DNA of 64,000 nucleotides from Octopus vulgaris (lineage: Eukaryota): the NCBI GenBank assembly GCA_951406725.2, contig OX597826.1, positions 71,982,001 through 72,046,000 of the forward strand, read 5' to 3'. This document shows positions 27,322 to 40,689 of the stretch, piece after piece. The position numbers were made by a program, and so were the translations under genes. Position 1 is the stretch's first letter; each line of letters starts with the position of its first letter. The notes below the pieces were generated by a model. The model made no database searches, had not been told where the DNA came from, and worked only from the letters and a program-made list of their open reading frames with translations.

Positions 27322-28195
27322 CGCGCGTGTGTGTGTTTTCCCTTTTCTTCACAACAGGCAGTAGTTATAAATAAGGGTCACCTTCATACAGGTGGTGTCT
27401 TTCATTCCCAGATATTCTGAGCAACCATGTCCAGCCGTTGGGAAATATTACCTTGCTTGCAAACAGGTGAGGGTAAGTGACAGGAAGCGTATTCCGGCCA
27501 TACAGAATGTGCCTCAACAAATTCCCATACAAGCATGGAAAAGTGGATATAAAAATGATGAGGATGATGATGATGATGGTGATGATGTGATGAAGGTGGT
27601 AAATGTATGTGTGTTTGTGCGCAAACCTAAGGTGCTACACGGTGGGGCTGAACTAGGAACCATGAGTCTGACCCAGGTGATACTTTTATGGTGGTAGAGC
27701 TTTTGAATCTGCAACATAAGCCTGTGTAAGTTTGGGGAGGAAGGGTGGTTAAACTCAAGGGCTACCCTGGGTGGCACAGACTTCAGTGAAACCATTGACT
27801 CTTTTCTTTCAGCCAATGTCAATATATCTTACTGTCTCTACCAGTGGTTTTCAACTATGGTCCATATGACCCCTGGGGTTTCATATAAAATTTAGGGGTT
27901 CTACATAGGTAAAACAGTAGTATTTTAAGGGTCCATGAAAAATTTTGATTCAGATGTTATGCTTGAGAAGACATGTCGAGTGGAAGTGAAATCGTTGTCA
28001 TGGCCAATGTCACTACTGCCTAACTGGGACCCGTGTGGTCAATGCCAGTGCTGGTGGCATGTAAAAGCACCATTCGAGCATGGTCAATGCCAGTCCTGCC
28101 TGATTGGCTCCTGTGCCAGTGGAACATAAAAAGCACCATTTGAGCATGGTTGATGCCACACAGTGGGACTGAACCTGGAACCCCGTGGTTGGTAA

Positions 28196-28405
28196 GGGGC
28201 TAAACATAGAGGGGACAAACAAGGGCAGACAAAGAGATCAAGTCGATTATATCGACCCCAGTGTATGACTGGTACTTTTTAATCGACCCCGAAAGGATGA
28301 AAGGCAAAGTCGACCTTGGCAGAATTTGAACTCAGAACGTAACGGCAGACGAAATACCGCAAAGCATTTCACCCAGCGTGCTAACGATTCTGCCAGCTTG
28401 CCGCC
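28196..28405 (-). mobile_element. SINE family A
   Basis: cgaccccgaaaggatgaaaggcaaagtcgacc...tttgaactcagaacg. Confidence 0.9.
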
Positions 28406-28996
28406 TTCTCTTGCACATTATCTATCTTATCAGTCAACATTTAAATACTATATTTATATCTTATGTACCATACCAGCATCTACACATTGTATAAGTGTAC
28501 CTAGTGAACATCTGCGCACTGTATTTATCTAACCTGTCAACATCTACACGCTATCTAGTTATCCAATCAACACATTGTTGCTTTCTTTACAGCTGCCATT
28601 TATACCCCGTATCTATCTAACCATTCAACATCTACACTCTGTATTTCTATAGAGTTAACATCTACACATTGCCTCTCTCTCTGGTCCAGTTCAACACCCT
28701 GCATCTATCCCAGTCAACATTTATACACTCTGTGTCTATTTATTTATCCAGTCAACATCTGAACATTTTCTGTCAATCCAGTCTACATTTATAGATTCCA
28801 GATAAATGTATACAATGTAGCAATAATTGAAAATCTAAAAGCCCAAATATCTATAAAAATCTTTAATCAAAATTCTTTAATCAAAAGATCAATGATCTAT
28901 GATTAAAATAAAAAAAACACACAAAATTTTTTTAAGCAACATCATACAATAGAGATACTGTTTAGATGTTATTGCTGTTGGATTCATTCATTTTAC

Positions 28997-29056
<60 letters not shown>

Positions 29057-29947
29057 CATTATTACTATTATTATCATTATTATTATTATTGTTATTATAG
29101 ATTTTCATTTGAAGTAGCCAATCAGTTATAAGAACAAGTCATTCCATCAGTTTGAAACTGGTATACTATTTGGTTTATATGCTAATTTAGAGAGACAGAT
29201 CTAATCTTTCAAGTAATTACATTGACGAGTGGTTGCAACAAAAACAAAAAACAAAAAATGGGAAAGAAAAAGAAGCAGAAAAAATTCTCAATATGACATT
29301 TTTTTTTTTGTTTGTTTCTGGTTGAAATTTATTGGTCGTTGATCAGTGTAAGGGTAGTTAGGATAGTTAAATATCGTTAGAATAGCTCATCATTGTTCTG
29401 GTTGGAATTTATAGGCTGTTGGTCATTGTTATAAAGAAGACAGAACAACACTGTTCTGACATAAAAGAAAGAAATACATCAGAAAATAATAGTAAAAACA
29501 AATAAAAATAAATAAAATGAAACAAAATGAAATGAAACGAACCACAGAACCCGAAGAGATACAAATACATGGATGCCTAGAGATATGCTAAAGAAAAAGC
29601 ATGAACAAAACGAAACAAAAAGCATGGAGATATACAGAGACACAGACAGAGACAGACGTATTGGGAGACAGAGATTCATAGATACTGGAAGCATACTATG
29701 ACATAAAGATACAGATATACATAGGCATAGACATACAGTGACATAGAAACATACACAAACACACACACACACACACATACACAGATAGACTGATACAAAC
29801 GTATACAGAAGCGCATTGAGATGCAAAGGCAGAAATAAGTAAATGCAAAAAGGAAACATTCAGACAAGTTTGTCTTGTTGATGTTCTTGACTTTTTTTCT
29901 TCTGAATGTCCACTATAGTTCAACTACTTACTCCTGCCGTCTGCTGA

Positions 29948-30912
29948 ATATCCACTAATGTGTCCCCTAATATCCAACTAATGTGTCCCCTAATATCCAA
30001 CTAATGTGTCCCCTAATATCCAACTAATGTGTCACCTAATAGCCACTAATGTGTCCCCTAATATCCAACTAATGTGTCCCCTAATATCCACTAACGTGTT
30101 CACTAATATCCATTAATGTGTCCACTGTGTCCCCTAATATCCACTAATGCGTCTCCTAATATCCATTAATGTGTCCCCTAATGTCTACTAATGTGTCACC
30201 TAATATCCACTAATGTGTCCACTAATATCCACTAATGTATCCCTAATATCCACGAATGTGTCCTCTAATATCCACTAATGTGTCCACTAATATCCACTGA
30301 TATGTCCCCTAATATCCACTAATGTGTCCCTTAATATCCACTAATGTATCCCCTAATATCCCCTAATATCCACTAATGTGTCCTCTAATATCCACGAATG
30401 TGTCCTCTAATATCCACTAATGTGTCCCCTAATATCCACCAATGTCCCCTAATATCCACTAATGTGTCCACTAATATCCACTGATGTGTCCCCTAATATT
30501 CACTAATGTGTCCCTTAATATCCACTAATGTATCCCCTAATATCCACTAATGTGTCCCCTAATATCCACTAATGTGTCCACTAATATTCACTAATGTGTC
30601 CACTAATATCCACTAATGTGTCCCCTAATATCCACTAATGTGTCCCTTAATATCCACTAATGTGTCCCTTAATATCCACTAATGTGTCCACTAATATCCA
30701 CTAATGTGTCCCCATAATATCCACTAATGTGTCCCTTAATATCCACTAATGTGTCCCCTAATATCCAACTAATGCGTCCCCTAATATCCACTAATGTGTC
30801 CTCTAATATCCATGAATGTGTCCTCTAATATCCACGAATGTGTCCCCTAATATCCACTAATGTGTCCCCTAATATCCACTAATGTGTCCCCTAATATCCA
30901 CTAATGTGTCCT
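29948..30912 (+). repeat. 22-bp minisatellite aatatccactaatgtgtcccct, more than 40 copies
   Basis: Head-to-tail units with point variants; unit = taatatccac + taatgtgtcccc. Confidence 0.97.
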
Positions 30913-30949
30913 GCTACCTAATGTTCACTATAGCACTATCATCCCTTAC

Positions 30950-31099
30950 CTTAATTAATGTCGTCATTTGGAGCCCTATTGTCTTATCAACCGAGTGCCC
31001 AGTATGCAAAGAGGTGACTGAGTGTGGTTGTTTGGACACTGCCAATTTAGCATAGCTGACTGGACATTCAACCTGTTTTGGCAACAGTACTTTTTGGCA
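30950..31099 (-). CDS. Candidate internal coding exon (150 nt, phase 0-0) of an unidentified gene
   Basis: Acceptor tttccctccag|, donor AAG|gtaagg; only one frame is open: CQKVLLPKQVECPVSYAKLAVSKQPHSVTSLHTGHSVDKTIGLQMTTLIK. Confidence 0.45.
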
Positions 31100-32006
31100 C
31101 TGGAGGGAAACACACATACACACATGTAAACACACATGCAAGCACAGTAATATACAGAAATATACAAAGAAAGAGAGGTGGGGAAGAGAGAGAAAAGCAT
31201 TACAGTGTATTAATTGAACACAGTTGACATAAACACTTGCTCTCTTCTCATACACATACAGAGGAATGTGCCTACACACATAATCAGAGTGAGAGAGTGA
31301 GATGGGGGAAACATTAAAATGTCTGATGTCAAATAAGTCAGCATTGAATCAGTGATGCCAAATAGGCAGCCCCCAAACAGCATCTCCTACACTGCTCAGT
31401 ATAGCATTATTATTCTCTACTCAATGTCCACTATAACACAATTGTGTTGCCCTGCCCAATGTCCGTTGGCAATAACATCAAATACTGAAAAGAGAGAAGA
31501 ATGTGATCCAACACAAACAAACCCCATATCCTACTCTCTTCCAAGACACAAATTTCTCAACCCTCATCCATGATCCATTCTTTCTTACACTCACCTCCCA
31601 CACCTGCATATCAGCAACACAGACCTCCATTATTATGGCTCAAACTCATTCTTCCCAAATACATCCGCTCTCTTCTCACCATTCAATGAACTACTTGAAC
31701 CACAAACAATCCTTCAACCATATTTCCTTCTTATATTGATGACTTATGATCTCACTTCACTCCTCTCCAAACTCATTATCGTTGATGGCTTCATTGCCCT
31801 CAATTCATCGTGATCCTCACACATATCTTATATTGATGCCAATGTTGCAGAAACCAAATATTTTGCATTCCCAACTCCCTACACCAACAAGTTTCCTTCC
31901 CCACATGCATCTTTGATACTTTTTCTCTCAACCAAACTTACCTTTAACATGACTATAACAGTCTCTGCATCTATCAGGACATCTAACCACAGCCTCAGAT
32001 CTACAT

Positions 32007-32240
32007 ATCTATTTCTTTACTACCCACAAGGGGCTAAACACAGAGGGGACAAACAAGGACAGACAAATGGATTAAGTCGATTATATCAACCCCAGTGCAT
32101 AACAGGTACTTATTTAATCGACCCCGAAAGGATGAAAGGCAAAGTCAACCTAGGCAGAATTTGAACTCAGAACGCAGCAGTGGACAAAATACCACAAAGC
32201 ATTTCGCCCAGCCTGCTAACATTTCTGCCAGCTTGCCGCC
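32007..32240 (-). mobile_element. SINE family A
   Basis: Full-length reverse copy; atctacata on both flanks. Confidence 0.9.
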
Positions 32241-32724
32241 TTCCTAACATCTACATACCATACAACATTCTCCACTCCAGACACCATGGTACTTCAAATC
32301 TATTGACTGGCCAGAGCTCTACCAGTCTTCGGCTAACTAATTTGGCTTCGTTGCTGACCTATCAGAAACACATAACTGAAACCATTTTCTTCTTCACACA
32401 CAATAAAAACTCAAATGCTCCAGTTTCTTCAAGTGGTTCCCTCATAGCTGTGCTACAAAAGTTCAAGCAAATAACAAGACCTACAATGCCAGTAGAAATT
32501 TATCAACCCCCAAATTGGGGCAGCATATAATCCAGCACTGCAACTCTCGCAAGACAACCATCCAAACTATGAAGGTGCCTGTGTATCATACAAAAATGTC
32601 AAACTCTTTTGCTTCTCTCCCAAATTGTAACTGATTCTTCTGATCCATTGTCAAAAGCATTTCCACCAAATTCATGGATTCATCCTTAGCTTCATTTCTC
32701 AAAGCATGTTCTCCATTGGAGTGT

Positions 32725-32795
32725 AAGCTGTGAAGGTGGAGGATTTCTCCATGGGGGTAGTACTCTCATGGAGAAATCCTCCATCTTCACAGCTT
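32725..32795. repeat. Hairpin, 35-bp arms with 1-nt centre
   Basis: aagctgtgaaggtggaggatttctccatgggggta-g-tactctcatggagaaatcctccatcttcacagctt; three differences, all G:T on the + strand. Confidence 0.95.
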
Positions 32796-32825
32796 GTTTT
32801 AGATCCAACTCCACATTGCACTTAC

Positions 32826-33125
32826 ATCTTTTGTCTTTTACTTATTTCAGTCATTAGGCTATGGCCATGCTGTGGCAGTCTCTTGATGAATTTTTAGCCA
32901 AGCGATTTGTCCCCAATACTTCAGTGCACCCTGTGTATACGACAGGCTTCTTTCAGTTTCCATCTACCAAATTCACTCACAAGGCTTTGGTCAGCCTGAG
33001 GCTATAGTAGTAGACACTTGCCCAATGTGCCACACAGTAGGACTGAGCCCAGAACCATGTTGTTGGGAAGCAAGCTTCTTCCCACACAGCCAGGCCTATG
33101 CCTACCACAGCCACACCTGTGCCCA
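32826..33125 (-). mobile_element. SINE family B, internally deleted
   Basis: gacaggcttctttcagtttcc...gaggctatagtag...gggactgagcccagaaccatg. Confidence 0.85.
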
Positions 33126-33493
33126 CAATATATAGCATATATTATAGTATACAATATGTATATCGATTGATCTATATAATATTTTGCATGCTTTTGATGT
33201 TCTCATTTGTAAAATGAATAAATAATCCAACATTATAATATCCGTAAGTTGATGAACAAACTAAATTTGTTTCTCCATTTTCTTATTTGTATTTTGTTAT
33301 AATTTATATATTATATATATATTATAATAAATTAGAGACAAAACCACTATTATGCAAATCAAACAAAGAAAGACTTAAGCCAATACATAAATAATTTATA
33401 TAAATTAAAATTTAACAAATATATATATATATATATATCACGTCCTCCAGTTGTATTTTCTTGTGATTTTTCTTCGGATTAATTATGTATATA

Positions 33494-33834
33494 TATACAA
33501 AAATTCTATAATTATGAGTATAATTATAATTAGGGTTCAGCAAAAATTTGCTTCACCTCATACTGAAATTTAGAAATAACAGTTAAACTACTATTTCACT
33601 ACCATAAGAAAATCTCCCAGACTGCAATACTCAACAACTCACGCAGGTAAAGAGTGGATTCGTTATTTTTTTCCTTTTTACCTGCATGAGTTGCTGTGTA
33701 TTGCTGTCTGTGACATTTTCTTATAGTAGTAAAATAGTAGTTTTAACTGCTATTTCTAAATTTCGGTATGTGGTGAAGCAAATTTTGCTGAACCCTAATT
33801 ATAATTACACTCATAATTATTGAAATTTTTGCAT
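33494..33834. repeat. Fold-back palindrome, arms about 158 bp, within an AT-rich repeat also present at 51170-51410
   Basis: taattataattagggttcagcaaaa-tttgcttcacc...gcaggtaaa mirrored by tttacctgc...ggtgaagcaaattttgctgaaccctaattataatta. Confidence 0.93.
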
Positions 33835-33941
33835 AAGTCTACTGAAAATGGTTCTTTTAACATACAGAACTACTTGGTAAAATTATTAATTATTAATTAA
33901 TTAATTAATTTTACTCTTTATTACTATCATTATATATATAA

Positions 33942-33995
<54 letters not shown>

Positions 33996-34639
33996 TTTAA
34001 TATATATATATATGTATATATATGTATATATATATATACAGAGAGAGAGAGGAGGGGACATACAGACAGGCAAACAGACATTCAGACAGAGATATTTATG
34101 CATACACACGCATGTAAGATAAAGGAGAATCCAAGGAGACTGGTGGTGCTCTTCATTGGCAAGACTTGTAATTATTTGGTAAAAGCAACATTTATATGTA
34201 TGCATATATATATATATGTGTGTATGTGTGTATGTGTGTATGCATACATGTATGCTTGTATATATGCATGCATGTATGTCAGTAAAAATGTATGTATAAA
34301 TGCGTGTGCACGTGTGTAAATATTTATATATTATTCATATATATATATACAAATGTATACATTTATATACACACATTGAGATGATGTGAGAGAAACAGGA
34401 TGGAACTTTCCGTTGAGTAATACTTAACATTCAACTGGTGTTCTTTGACCCAGAAACCCTCCAGTGCCAAATCAACTCCTGGTCAAGATTTATGGTCTTA
34501 CTGACCAGCGCTATGATTTCCATAATGTTATTTACAACTTGGTCTCTTGACTTCTACCCACTCGCTATGCTGTTACTGTCATCACACACACACTACATAC
34601 TCTTCACTCACCTTCAGACAATGACCCTGTACCACTATC

Positions 34640-34910
34640 ACCACCACCACCACAGCCGCCACCGCCGCCGTCGCCACCACCACCACCACCACCACCACCA
34701 CCACCAACATCACCACCACTACAACCACCACCACACCACCACCACCACCACCACCAACATCACCACCACCACCACCACCACCACCAACATCACCACCACC
34801 ACCACCACCACCACCAACATCACCACCACCACCACCACCACCACCAACATCACCACCACCACCACCACCACCACCACCACCACCACCACCACCAGCAACA
34901 CCAACACCAC
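34640..34910 (+). repeat. (ACC)n microsatellite with 30-bp higher-order unit
   Basis: aacatc recurs every 30 bp (4 times) inside the ACC tract. Confidence 0.92.
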
Positions 34911-35297
34911 GACTTTCAGATAGATCAAAGGAGGCTGGAAATCAAGTAGACAATATGTTTGGTGATTAGCCATAAGCTAACAACAACATTCTCAACTTAA
35001 AAACCCATAAAACACTACATTACTCACTAAATACATTTGGAAAATGAAAGGTTGAAGGGATGAATACAATTATACACAGCTCTACATACTTTACATCAGG
35101 TCAACCCTGATTGAGCAGACTTATGACAAAAAGCATTTCACCCATGATCATCCCATTTGTTTTAAGACCATCTAGAACTACATAATGTGCTTTTATTCTT
35201 GAAGCCAACAAAGTGTGATCTCAAAAGGATTTTGGCTATTATATCTAGGAGGGTGAGCGATCATGTAGACTCTCCTTCAATTGCTGCAAATTACTCA

Positions 35298-35597
35298 GCA
35301 TTACCAGGGTTGCCTTACTGGCACCCGTGCCGGTGGCATGTGTAAAAAGATTCGAGCGAGGTCATTGCCAGTACCTCCTGACTGCCCCCCCCTCATGCCT
35401 GTGGCACGTAAAAAGCATGCACTACACTCTCGGAGTGGTTGGCGTTAAGAAGGGCATCCAGCTGTAGAAACTCTGCCAGATCAAGATTGGAGCCTGGTGC
35501 AGCCATCTAGTTTGCCAGCCCTCAGTCAAAATCGTCCAACCCATGCTAGCATGGAAAGCGGACGTTAAACGATGATGATGATGATGATGATGATGAT
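35298..35597 (+). mobile_element. Retroposon family C
   Basis: Colinear with 21085-21372; (GAT)n tail. Confidence 0.9.
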
Positions 35598-37044
35598 AAC
35601 ATGTTTTTTGATCTCACTATTGACAGAGCTCAAACCCTTTTGAGGTGATGTTACCTGTGACTCTTACCAGCTTGGTCACAGTTCAGCTTTATTCTCAGAC
35701 AGAGGCACATTCAAAAGGGTTGTGAAGTACTACAACAATGTCCTGATATGCACCCTTTGCATTAATTAGAGAGAATGACTCAATCACAGGAGGCAACAGC
35801 ATTGATATCCCAACTGCACAGAGAACAGGAATGTTGTATAGTACAACCAGCTATGCATGACCAACATAAAAACAGATGTTACAAAAACCTTTTTACTCTC
35901 TACTCTGCACTTTTAATGGAGCCACAGATTCCAACAGCTGTTCAACAAAAACAATATAAAGGTGAGCTTCAGTTTCATTAAAGAACATGTCCAGCAACAT
36001 AAAGAATCACAACAGTTTTTTTTTTTTTAACTCCATTTTCTCTTTTGCATCTTTCATTATTTTCTCCAAGACTTTTTCAGGAGGTTTCTCCTTCCTTTGT
36101 CCCTTCCCATTCCTTGTCATACTTAACATCAATCTTTTCCCCTTTCTTGCCTTTCCTCTTCCTCCTTCACTATTTTCTATTTCTTTATCATTCACCTCAT
36201 ATTGCACCCTCCATCGTCTTTTTCTCAACATTAATCTTTTCCCCTTTCTTGCCTCCTCTTCCTCCTCCTTCACTGTTGTCTATTTCTTTATCAATCATCT
36301 CATATTGCACCTTTCATCCTTTTTTTTTTTAAACACTTTGCTCAGTGACGTCGCAACTCATTTCTACAGCTGAGTGAACTGGCAAACATTACAGACATCT
36401 GCCTTCTAAAAACAAATGTTCATAGAGAAACATTGTATAACATACTAGCATGTCCCCCTAACACTACCCGCTTTCCTACCTAAGGATCACAGAGAACACA
36501 TTCAGAATAACTGCCTACGATAACATAACGTCTCATTATGCCATCTGGAATATGCTACATCACTACCTAAACACATGTGGAAACTAAAATATTAAAATTT
36601 GCAGGAAAGGCAATTACAGCTTTTGGGAAATGTTCTGTTTTGCAACTTCTTTTTCATACAGAAACTCCACAGACTCTTTCATTTAACCCCAGTCCTGAAC
36701 AGGTTTCACAATTTTTTGCTACTCATCATGTTCCGTTCTCATTTGCCTTGCACAGCCAAAAAAAGATAGAATCTGCAATCTTGATTGTGTTCGTAATATT
36801 TTCTTGGCAAGATTTTAATAGCTTGATGTTCTGTCTATCAATAACCACTTTAAAGCCTATGAGGAATACATTTAATCATGTCACCTGCACAAGAGTCATT
36901 CTCGGCATGTGTCACCTTGTTGTCTGACCTCAAATGCTATGAATGGTCATATTTGAAAACTATTGCTGGTATGAAGTCTTGAAAACAATCGTGTCCTCTC
37001 CACTCCTTCTCTTCAATCTTACTGCATCAGTCTCTCTCTATCTA

Positions 37045-37113
<69 letters not shown>

Positions 37114-37179
37114 GATATTTATGAAGGATTTTTTGCTACTTCCTAGTCTCTCCCTCCCCCATCTCTCTGGCAACCCCAC

Positions 37180-37515
37180 ATCTTTTATCTTTTACTTGTT
37201 TCAGTTGTTTGACTATGGATATGTTAGGGTACCACCTTGAGGTATCTTTTGTCAAATGAATTGACCCCAATACTTTTTTTAAAGCCTGGTAAATATTCTG
37301 TGGGTTTCTTTTGCAAAACCACTAAGTTACAGGGACATAAACACACCAACACCAGTCGTCAAGCAGTGGGGGGGGGACACACGCAGACACAAAGACACAC
37401 ACACACATGTATATAATTAAATACAGGGCTTCTTCCAGTTTCCATCTACTAAATCCACTCACAAGGCTTTGGTCAACCTGAGGCTATAGTAGACAACACT
37501 TTCTCAAGATGTCAC
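37180..37515 (-). mobile_element. SINE family B, 5'-truncated
   Basis: Reverse homology to 38638-39050. Confidence 0.8.
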
Positions 37516-38141
37516 ATATCGTATATGGTCAAAACTGCATCACGTAGCCAACAATTCTACTCCAAGAACAGAAAATACTTCATCTCAGATCGGTTACTGA
37601 CTCTCCATAAAGTTTGGGTATGACTTGCATTGAAGTACCAATCATATCCATAGGGTAGTACTGCTACTACACACACATACACACACACACAGATATCCTA
37701 AATCGTTTTGGATTACTGCTTATATCCATGGGACACTGTTGCTGCTACATATACAGATATCATCCCAGCCTACACTGGATTACTGCTCACATATTTAGAA
37801 TGGTACTGCTGCTACACACACAGAGATATCCTGGCTTATGTAAAGAGAAAGCCATTCAATGGAATGACAATATCTCAATGAACAACACAACCTGAAATGT
37901 GATGTTTCTTTTCTTCTGTATCTTCTCCCTCTGCCACAACCCATTCTTGCTCATTTCATTCCTAGTCTACCTCCCACTCATCCCAACAGTGACTCACTCC
38001 ACGAGACACTTTCCAACATCCTCCCACCCCAGGACTGTAATCCTCTTTATCCACGTTTCCATATTGACACTGGTCTGTAGATACATCAATGTTCTCACCA
38101 GTCAATTAAAAAATAGATATGTGTGTATATATACAGATATT

Positions 38142-38347
38142 CATATTTCATTCCATAATGGCTACTCTGATGAGCACAAGGTCACATAATCGGACTGTTA
38201 CCTAACACACCGTTGAACCCCTAATACAAAACCAACTGGTAAGATCGGCTATAATAGATATATAGTACTGTACCCCTCGATGGATATACCCACTCTATCG
38301 ACAGATATACAAGTGCATTTTTTCCTGACTTATGACTATTAGATGAC

Positions 38348-38352
<5 letters not shown>
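38142..38352 (+). mobile_element. Non-palindromic copy of the hammerhead-bearing repeat at 9785-9998
   Basis: catatttcattccata...CTGATGA(38167-38173)gcacaaggt...gttgaaccccta...ccaactggtaagatcggct...agatatacaagtgcatttt; GAAA reads AAAA here. Confidence 0.85.
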
Positions 38353-38385
<33 letters not shown>

Positions 38386-38523
38386 CACACACACACAACA
38401 CACACACACACACACACACAGAGTTTTAGTATTCCGAAGTGGAAAGTTTATCTTGTGACTCTGAGGTGGATGACTGCTTGGCTACTTGGTAAAAAGAATG
38501 CTTCACAATCATACAGTTCCTGG

Positions 38524-39325
38524 CAGGGCCTGATTAAGACCCATAGGGGCCCTAAGTACTTAAAGATTTTGATACCCCCATATATATGTAATTTAAAATA
38601 TAAAGGATTTTTTGAAATGAATCGCAATTTTGAAATAGGCTCAGGAGTGGCTGTGTGGTAGGTAGCTTGCTTACCAACCGCATGGTTCCTGGTTCTGTCC
38701 CACTGCATGGCACCTTGGGCAAGTGTATTCTACTATAGCCTCAGGCCGACCACAGCCTTGTGAGTGGATTTGGTAGATGGAAACTGAAAGAAGCCCGTCA
38801 TATATATGTATATGTATATATATATGCATGTGTGTGTTTATGTGTCTGTGTTTGTCCCCCCCCCCAACATCGCTTGACAACCGATGCTGGTGTGTTTACG
38901 TCCCTGTAACATAGCAGTTTGGCAAAAGAGACTGATAGAATAAGTACTAGGCTTACAAAGAGTAAGTCCTGGGGTTGATTTCCTCAAGTAAATGCGATGC
39001 TCCAGCATGGCTGCAGTCAAATGACTGAATCAATGTAAAAGAGTAACTAAGAATAGAATGGAAAATAATGTGTATATTTGAAAACTTTTCTACTCTTTTT
39101 TTTAATTGCAAAGTCTTTGATCAGATCCTCCCTGTGACACCATGGACAATTTGAAATTATATTTCCAATAACATAAACCAATTTGAATATCATTTCAGTA
39201 AGTTTAAAGTAATTCTTCTATTTCGCAAACCGTTTACCATTTCTGTGGCGCCCTACCCCCGACTCCACCCTTCTCTTGATGCCCTAAGCATGAGCTTATT
39301 TTGCTTGCTGGTTAATCCAGCACTG
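38524..39325. mobile_element. hAT-type MITE with nested SINE B
   Basis: Termini cagggcctgattaa / ttaatccagcactg; TSD gttcctgg / gttcctga. Confidence 0.78.
38638..39050 (+). mobile_element. tRNA-derived SINE family B, reference full-length copy (CORE-like central block)
   Basis: A-box tggctgtgtgg, B-box-like ggttctgtccc, then gcaccttgggcaagtgt; more copies at 10380(-), 24560, 25610, 40395, 50782, 54330 and 59992. Confidence 0.92.
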
Positions 39326-39483
39326 GTTCCTGATTCAAACCCACTCAGCAATATCTTGGGCAAGGGTCCTCCACTACAAGCTCAATCCTACCCAGGTAGA
39401 TGGAAATATGTGGGGTACCTCTTCACAGTTACTGCACTTGTCATTAGGTTGTAGAATCAATCTACCACCACATTAACCACCAA

Positions 39484-39729
39484 TACCTATTTCTTTACTA
39501 CCCACAAGGGTAGTAAAGGACAAGGGTAGTAGAGAGGACAAACAAGGACAGACATAGGTATTAAGTCGATTACATCGACCCCAGTGAGTAACTAGTACTT
39601 AATTTATCGATCCCGAAAGGATGAAAGGCAAAGTCGACCTCGGCGGAATTTGAACTCAGGACATAACGGTAGACAAAATACGGCTAAGCATTTTGCCTGG
39701 CGTGCTAACGTTTCTGCCAGCTCGCTGCC
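39484..39729 (-). mobile_element. SINE family A
   Basis: Full-length reverse copy. Confidence 0.9.
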
Positions 39730-40071
39730 TTACCATCTCTAACACCACCACTGTTGCCAACCACCACCACCACCAGTCCCACTACCATCTGGTCCTTGGG
39801 TGCTTTTCATAAAGTCTGAAGACTAGATTTTCCATTGTGAAGTTAAATAATTCAATATTTTCATGTGCAGCTTCATTCTGATGCAGTAACCCATCACAAT
39901 ATAGTTTCTTCTTTCCTTTTCTACATGAGTGAGAGAGGCTCCGCAGAGGTCATGGCCTTTGACCTTGCCCCTGATCACTAAACTATGAAAATATGAACTC
40001 TGCACACATGCACACAAACACTCAAACACACATTTATGAGCAATCATGTATGAGATGTATATTATATAATA

Positions 40072-40371
40072 TGTGGAGGCGCAATGGCCTAGTGGTTAGG
40101 GCAGCGGACTCGCAGTCTCAGGATCGCGGTTTCAATTCCCAGACCGGGCGTTGTGTGTGTTTATTGAGCGAAAACACCTAAAAGCACCACGAGGCTCCGG
40201 CAGGGGGTGGTGATCCCTGCTGTACTCTTTCACCACTCTTTCTCCCACTCTTTCTTCTGTTGGCCTGCTCGCTTAGCCAGCGGGGTGGCGTCATTCGAAG
40301 GCTAAAACAATGCGAACGCATTGTGACCAGCGATGTGTAACAACATCTGATGGTCTGGTCGGTCACGTGAT
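40072..40371 (+). mobile_element. tRNA-derived SINE family D, tail type 2
   Basis: First about 185 bp colinear with 19591-19780; A-box tggcctagtgg; unrelated 3' half ending ggtcacgtgata. Confidence 0.9.
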
Positions 40372-40622
40372 AATATACAACTAATGAAATGCATGTGTGT
40401 CTCCTTGTTTCTGCCTGTCCCCTCAATACTGTTTGACAACCGGTGGTGGTGTGTTTACATCCTATAACCTAACAGCTTGGTAAAAGAGACCGACAGAATG
40501 AGTGGCAGGCTTTAAAAGATAGTAAAGGGATTCATTCATCAAAAATTTCTTCAAATTCTTCAAGGTGGTGCCCCAGAATGGCTGCAGTCTGATGAATGAA
40601 GCAAGAAAAAGATGAAAGAAGA

Positions 40623-40683
<61 letters not shown>

Positions 40684-40689
<6 letters not shown>

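Noticed and set aside
29948-30912. CRISPR array or coding repeat
   Set aside because: No spacers; the 22-bp unit is not a multiple of three and carries stop codons on both strands
36577-36990. 116-aa ORF or transposase remnant
   Set aside because: No motif I can recognise on either strand
40072-40146. tRNA gene (also 19591, 38638, 58303)
   Set aside because: A/B boxes are present but acceptor stems are poor and each continues into a SINE body; treated as SINE heads
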